A stretch of 64,000 nt of DNA from a virus (taxonomy: Duplodnaviria; Caudoviricetes), in IMG/VR virus record IMGVR_UViG_2791355084_000002, positions 1 through 64,000 of that record, one strand, 5' to 3'. Positions 58,876 through 64,000 of the stretch are shown here, one piece after another. The stretch's first letter is position 1, and every line of letters begins with the position of its first letter. The notes below the pieces were generated by a model, which saw nothing but the letters and a program-made list of their open reading frames with translations, searched no databases and was not told the origin of the DNA. Position numbers and translations under genes: made by a program.

Positions 58876-60030
58876 TTAGATAATTTCACCTAACAACTCC
58901 GTAAACTTATCATGCATCTTCTCAGTAGCAGCCACACGCATCCCTGAAGTAACATGCAAATAAATCTTAGTAGTAGTATCAGAATTCTTATGCCCAACAC
59001 GATTCATAATAAAGTTTAAGTCCACACCAGCCTCTGCCAGTAGACTAATATGTGTATGGCGGAGGATGTAGGTGCGGAATTGTTTGTTGATGTCTGTGAG
59101 GGCGCCGATGCGTCGGACGGATTGGTTGAGCATTTTGACGGTAGGGGGGATGCCCTCCTTGTCACCGAATACAAAGTCGGACTTAGTCCACTCGCGATAC
59201 TCGCGCCATAGGTAAAGCTGCTTTAATTTCTCCACTACAATATCATCAATATCGACGGAGCGGACGCTGCCTGCTGTTTTTGGGGGAGTGAGCTCGAAGT
59301 CACCCCTTATACTTTTCTTCGCATACACCGTTTTATTAATGTGTATGACCTTCTTCTCCAAATCGACATCCTCATACTTTAACGCAACGGCTTCGCCTGG
59401 TCGCATACCTGTAAAAGCGATTGCGTAGATCAGTGTGCGATATATGATATTACGGTGTTTGTCCACGTAGCTTAAAAATTCCTTTAGTTCATCTGTTTCT
59501 AAATAAAGCTTCGCTGTATCCTCACTGCTTGCTTCCTCTAACGTCATTTTCTTCTTCGGCACAAAAGTAGCCTCAACAGGGTTCATCTCAATCAAACCAG
59601 ATTCCTTAGCATAGGCAAATAACATTTTGGCTGTATTATGAGTGCCACGCAGCGTATTATAGGCTGTTCCATTAGCAAATAAATGATTGAGCAAACCTTG
59701 TAATTCGATAGATGTGATTGTGGTTATTTTCCTTTTCGCCATGTATCGATTGAGTAGGGAGATACAGTAGGCACGATGCTCATTTGTCGTTTCCTTGTTG
59801 CCCTTCATACGGTAGAGCTTTAACCAATCTTGGCTAAATTCTTCAAACGTTATCTTCGCATCAAAGTAATATGCTTTGTTTAATTCGGCTATAACTTTTT
59901 CAACTCTTTCACGTGCTTCAGTCTTACTTTTACCACGACGTGTAATTTGACGGCGTTTGCCAGTGGCAGGATTACGTGGACCTTCACCAGTGCATCGCCA
60001 AGTTGTCTTATTAATTTGAACGAAATGCAT
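58876..60030 (-). CDS. int: Tyrosine integrase (paralogue of 6125-7273)
   Basis: TGMRPGE, YILRHTHISLLAEA, RVGHKNSDTTTKIYLH shared with integrase B. Confidence 0.95.
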   Translation of the reverse strand: MHFVQINKTTWRCTGEGPRNPATGKRRQITRRGKSKTEARERVEKVIAELNKAYYFDAKITFEEFSQDWLKLYRMKGNKETTNEHRAYCISLLNRYMAKRKITTITSIELQGLLNHLFANGTAYNTLRGTHNTAKMLFAYAKESGLIEMNPVEATFVPKKKMTLEEASSEDTAKLYLETDELKEFLSYVDKHRNIIYRTLIYAIAFTGMRPGEAVALKYEDVDLEKKVIHINKTVYAKKSIRGDFELTPPKTAGSVRSVDIDDIVVEKLKQLYLWREYREWTKSDFVFGDKEGIPPTVKMLNQSVRRIGALTDINKQFRTYILRHTHISLLAEAGVDLNFIMNRVGHKNSDTTTKIYLHVTSGMRVAATEKMHDKFTELLGEII

Positions 60031-60045
60031 TCGCTGTCACCACCT

Positions 60046-60402
60046 TTATGAAATTACTTCCCAAATTACTTTTAGTTTCTCGACATCTTTCTCATTACAG
60101 TGGGGAAGAGACTTGTACCATTGCTGTAATGAGGGATTGTGGGGAAACGGTTCTTTTAATGCTGGATTATAAGTAGGGTCATCGGACAAACCTGCAACCT
60201 CAATTAGGTTTATGTAATCATATTGATAGGCTGTGGCAATGCGTTGTAATGTTTCAGGTGTTGGTTTGATCGCATTGCCAGTACGACGATCCGTTCCTCT
60301 TTCAAGCATAGCCAAGTAAGAAAACGTAATATCCATACGTTTTGCTGCATCACGTAAAGATTCATCACCACGTAGTTCCTTTAATAACTCACCTAAACTC
60401 AA
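60046..60402 (-). CDS. XRE repressor of element C
   Basis: HTH plus the PSLQQWYKSLP...KL..IWE tail. Confidence 0.85.
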   Translation of the reverse strand: MSLGELLKELRGDESLRDAAKRMDITFSYLAMLERGTDRRTGNAIKPTPETLQRIATAYQYDYINLIEVAGLSDDPTYNPALKEPFPHNPSLQQWYKSLPHCNEKDVEKLKVIWEVIS

Positions 60403-60496
60403 AATCGTTCACCTTCCTTAATTTTGAATGCCTAATTGTGTGGGGATCTATCTTTTTATGAATATAATAAAGCTTTATCCCATAGGCTATTCCAAT

Positions 60497-60967
60497 TCAG
60501 AATATTTGCGTTTTTGTTATGTATTGTTCCAAGCGTTTTAAAGCAAAATGATATTCTACATTAAAAAGCTCTTGTAAATGGTGGACATTAAGTGCATTCG
60601 CTTCATTTTGCTTTAGTTCATCCAACATGAAAGTGGGAATACAAGCATGAAACATAAAATTATTTGCTTTATTCTCTTGGTACTCACGAAATTGAGCAGA
60701 CATATGTTCTTGGTGCCCACTGTGTAAAAGTACATGTGCTAATTCATGGCAAAAATCTTGCCAACGTTGCTGATTGGTCAGATTTTCGTTGATAAAGATG
60801 TATGCTTGATTTCCTAAAAAGAGGGCTTGACTATTATCTGGCCAGTAATACACTTTAATTCCAAGATGAATAGCAATCGTTTGAAATTTCAGTTGCTGGG
60901 GTTCAAAAATACCAATACGGAAGTAAAGTTTCTTTATAAAATCTTCAGTATATGTTGCATATTGCAT
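60497..60967 (-). CDS. ImmA/IrrE family metallopeptidase
   Basis: HELAHVLLH; paralogue of 7333-7833; SOS-like box gaacatacattc at 60987-60998. Confidence 0.9.
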   Translation of the reverse strand: MQYATYTEDFIKKLYFRIGIFEPQQLKFQTIAIHLGIKVYYWPDNSQALFLGNQAYIFINENLTNQQRWQDFCHELAHVLLHSGHQEHMSAQFREYQENKANNFMFHACIPTFMLDELKQNEANALNVHHLQELFNVEYHFALKRLEQYITKTQIF

Positions 60968-61156
60968 TCTATCACCTCTATAATAAGAATGTATGTTCCT
61001 ATTATATATTAGCAATAAGAAATATAGAATATTAGGATTAAAATAATGAATAAATCAATTCAAAAAGTAATGTATTAATTCTCTTTATTAATATAAAATA
61101 TCTTTAATGATAATTATTCCATTTTTGGTAATGGATTAATTTTTAGGAGGTATTTA

Positions 61157-62122
61157 ATGAATAGAGATGAAAGACATATGGTTAGAATTATGTTTCAACT
61201 ATTAATTTATAAGTCTGATGGTCAAGCATTTGAAGATTTATTCACTTCTATAATGAGGAAAGTAGATTCTGAGTTTGAAGCGATTAAACCATATGGAAGA
61301 ATTGGCGATATGAAAAATGATGGTTTTAATAGAACTACTGGGGAATACTATCAAGTCTTTGGTCCTGAAGATTCAGAAAAAAACAAGACAATTTATGACG
61401 CAGTACAAAAAGTAAGAAAAGATTTCGAAGGTTTGGTTAAGAATTGGAACCATATTTGCTCACTAAAAATATTTAATTATGTATTTAATGATAAATATAA
61501 AGGTGCAAATCCGTTAATAACTCAGGAATTAATAAAATTAGAAAATGAAAACAAAGGTATTTTATGCAAATTATTCCCTGCGAAAAAATTAGAGGATTAT
61601 TTTTGGAAACTCTCTGAATTTGAAATGACTGACATAGTAGGATATATTCCCTCAACTGAAATTGATTTGTTAGATTATGACATATTAAATGAGGTAATAC
61701 AGTTTATTATGAAACATCCTGCTGAATTTAATTTAGACACCCAATTTAAAGTTCCTGATTTTGAAGAGAAAATTATATTCAATAATTTAAGTAAGAGTAT
61801 TGAACATTACTTACATACTGGTAGTTATAGTGAAGGTGCATTAGACGAGTACTTTAATAATAATAGCGACTTTACAAGGAATGAATTGAAATTGAGGTTT
61901 AATGAGTTCTATCTAGAATCAAAGACAATAATTTCTGATCAAGAGGAAGACTACGCTGATAAAAGATTTATGTATATATTCGAAAAGGCGTGTCCGAGAA
62001 ATGAAAAGGCAGTTAGAGATTCTACTTTAGTTTTAATGTCCCATTATTTTGAGACATGTGATATTTTTGAAGAACCTGTGAAAGAAGGGAAAATAATTGA
62101 TATTGCCACAAAAACATATTAA
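61157..62122 (+). CDS. Lamassu/ABC-3C effector (restriction-endonuclease-like N-terminus + ABC-3C C-terminal domain; LmuA-like)
   Basis: FEDLF, GD.KNDG, YQV.GP; C-terminal YFETCDIFE. Confidence 0.75.
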   Translation: MNRDERHMVRIMFQLLIYKSDGQAFEDLFTSIMRKVDSEFEAIKPYGRIGDMKNDGFNRTTGEYYQVFGPEDSEKNKTIYDAVQKVRKDFEGLVKNWNHICSLKIFNYVFNDKYKGANPLITQELIKLENENKGILCKLFPAKKLEDYFWKLSEFEMTDIVGYIPSTEIDLLDYDILNEVIQFIMKHPAEFNLDTQFKVPDFEEKIIFNNLSKSIEHYLHTGSYSEGALDEYFNNNSDFTRNELKLRFNEFYLESKTIISDQEEDYADKRFMYIFEKACPRNEKAVRDSTLVLMSHYFETCDIFEEPVKEGKIIDIATKTY

Positions 62123-62342
62123 ACTCTCAGAATCCATTTTTGGTTTAGGGGGTTTTTTACTAAATTTACTTAATAGCCCAAAGGATATTGATAAATTATG
62201 GGCGGAATATGAAAATGGTGTAAAAAGAGGAAGTTTTAAAAAATTGCACACTTTTGATAATTTTATATTATCACTAGATTTTTTATTTATTATCGGTGCA
62301 ATTAATATAAGTCAGGAGGGTAAATTGAAAAAATGCGATTAG
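62097..62342 (+). CDS. ABC-3C middle component (LmuC-like)
   Basis: MILP.KH...ES..G.G...L; LD.LF.IG.I; between effector and ATPase. Confidence 0.75.
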   Translation: MILPQKHIKLSESIFGLGGFLLNLLNSPKDIDKLWAEYENGVKRGSFKKLHTFDNFILSLDFLFIIGAINISQEGKLKKCD

Positions 62343-64000
62343 TCAAATTATCTTCAAATATGAAAAGCTTCCATACAATAGAATTCAAAGAAGGTCTCAA
62401 TTTAATAGTTGGTAGTCAGGCTAACCCCTCAGAAAAAGATAATAGAAAAACCTATAACGGAGTAGGAAAATCTTTAATTATTTATCTAATTCATTTTTGT
62501 TTAGGGTCAAATAAAATAGATGCTTTTGAGAAATCATTACCCAATTGGACATTTGAATTAACTTTTGAAATTGAAAATGAAATTTATGTAACATCTAGGA
62601 ATACATCAAAGCAAAGTGAATTTTTTTTAAATGGTGTAAAAAAGACAATAACAAAATTTAGAGAAGAAATGCTTTCGAAAGTTTTCTATCTAGACGACGA
62701 CTCAATACAATTTTTAGGTTTTAATAGTCTCTTCCCAAGATTTATTAGAAGGGACAGAGAATGTTATACTCAATACGATAATTTTGTTAATAAAGAACAA
62801 GAATATTCTAAATTATTGAACAATTCTTATTTATTAGGGCTTGATACTTCTTTAATAATAAATAAAGCAACTACTAGAAAAGAACAAAATAATATAGAGA
62901 AACTATCTAAAAATATAATGAATGATGATATTTTAAAAGAATATTTCCAATCAAATGTTAATGATGCTGATATAGAAATTTTAGATTTAAAGGAGGAAAT
63001 TGAAAAACTAACGAAAAAAATTGACTCCTTTGAGGTGGCTGAAGATTTCCATGAAATTGAAGTAGAAGTTTCAGAATTGAGATTTTTAAAAAAAGAATTA
63101 GAAAATAAAAGAACACTTCTAAATAATAAAATGAAAAATATAGAAAAATCTATTGCTATGCCTGTAGATGAGTCGATAGATAAAGTCTTAGACTTTTATG
63201 AGAAGGCCAAAATAGAAATTCCAAATATTTTAGTAAAGCAAATAGAAGAAGCTGTATCATTTCATGAAAGTCTATTAGTGAACAGAAAAAATCGCTTATT
63301 CAAGGATTTGCAAAAATATAGGAAAGAGCTAATGGAGATAGAAAATGAAATTGGTAATGTAGGCAAGCATTTGGATACAAATCTAAGGTACTTAAAATCT
63401 CATGGAGCTTTAAATGAATATGATGCTCTTAGTAAAAAAATAAATGAATTATCAAGATCCTTACAAAAGTTAGAAGAATATCAAGGGTTAATGAAGCAAT
63501 ATAAGAAAAAAACAACTGACATAAAAGGTTCGTTGTCTGAACAAAATATTTTAACAAATGAATATTTAAATGGAATTGCTGACTTACAGGAGAAAATTAT
63601 TACAACTTTTAGAGATTTATCTAAAGAGTTTTACGATAAACCTGGAGGAATAAAAATTGAGAATAATGAAGGAGAAAATTTATTAAGATATAAAATTAGT
63701 GCAAAAATACAAGATGACTCTTCAGATGGTGTAAATGAAGTGAAAATTTTTTGTTACGATATGACAATGTTAATGTTACAACTAAATCATAATATGAAAT
63801 TTTTATTTCATGACAGTAGGCTATTTAGTAATATGGATCCGAGACAAAGATATACATTATTTAAACTAGTATATTCCATTGTAAATCAAAGGGATTTACA
63901 ATATATAGCTAGTATTAATGAAGATACAATCGATTCGTTTAAAGATCTTATGTTAGAAGGGGAATATAATTCAATAATTGAAGATAACATTATTTTAACT
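62333..64000 (+). CDS. SMC-like ABC ATPase (DUF2326/LmuB-like), 3'-truncated by the window; absent from the ORF track
   Basis: ATG 62333, MRLVKL...NGVGKS Walker A, long coiled coil, FLFHDS..F..MDPRQ. Confidence 0.85.
   Translation, partial: MRLVKLSSNMKSFHTIEFKEGLNLIVGSQANPSEKDNRKTYNGVGKSLIIYLIHFCLGSNKIDAFEKSLPNWTFELTFEIENEIYVTSRNTSKQSEFFLNGVKKTITKFREEMLSKVFYLDDDSIQFLGFNSLFPRFIRRDRECYTQYDNFVNKEQEYSKLLNNSYLLGLDTSLIINKATTRKEQNNIEKLSKNIMNDDILKEYFQSNVNDADIEILDLKEEIEKLTKKIDSFEVAEDFHEIEVEVSELRFLKKELENKRTLLNNKMKNIEKSIAMPVDESIDKVLDFYEKAKIEIPNILVKQIEEAVSFHESLLVNRKNRLFKDLQKYRKELMEIENEIGNVGKHLDTNLRYLKSHGALNEYDALSKKINELSRSLQKLEEYQGLMKQYKKKTTDIKGSLSEQNILTNEYLNGIADLQEKIITTFRDLSKEFYDKPGGIKIENNEGENLLRYKISAKIQDDSSDGVNEVKIFCYDMTMLMLQLNHNMKFLFHDSRLFSNMDPRQRYTLFKLVYSIVNQRDLQYIASINEDTIDSFKDLMLEGEYNSIIEDNIILT

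Larger units (their letters stand above)
56736..64000. mobile_element. Left end of third integrated element C, truncated by the window edge
   Basis: Paralogous integrase, repressor, ImmA and defence cargo after the att repeat. Confidence 0.8.

Overview
AT-rich Bacillales DNA; gene content is most consistent with a Lysinibacillus-like host (inference). It holds a tandem array of three integrated elements. (A) The right end of a prophage (~1-5996): tail-end small genes, holin, M15 endolysin, morons. (B) A full-length ~50.8 kb siphovirus-type prophage (~5975-56757): integrase/ImmA, repressors, recombination, replication, packaging, head, tail and lysis modules. It looks defective: TerS has a nonsense codon; TerL and the minor head gene are frameshifted. 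(C) The left end of a third element (~56736-64000): a paralogous integrase, repressor, ImmA and a Lamassu/ABC-three-component defence operon. A 231-bp direct repeat (5766-5996, 56527-56757) marks both junctions. It carries a promoter, RBS and start codons resembling the N-terminus of BrxA/YphP. The most unusual signals are not in the ORF track. (1) A family of oriented ~32-bp imperfect palindromes (12-bp arm, 7-9-bp asymmetric core, 12-bp arm) separates small accessory genes inserted in the head module, like an integron-type cassette array. (2) A second, unrelated family of inverted ends brackets single morons at 20.3-21.8 kb. (3) Several repressors have different HTH heads but a shared C-terminal tail, and a second complete repressor/Cro/antirepressor switch has its own operator. 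(4) A kinase/GNAT-EVE/ASCH operon is a candidate defence module. All protein calls come from visual motif recognition; no database searches were run.
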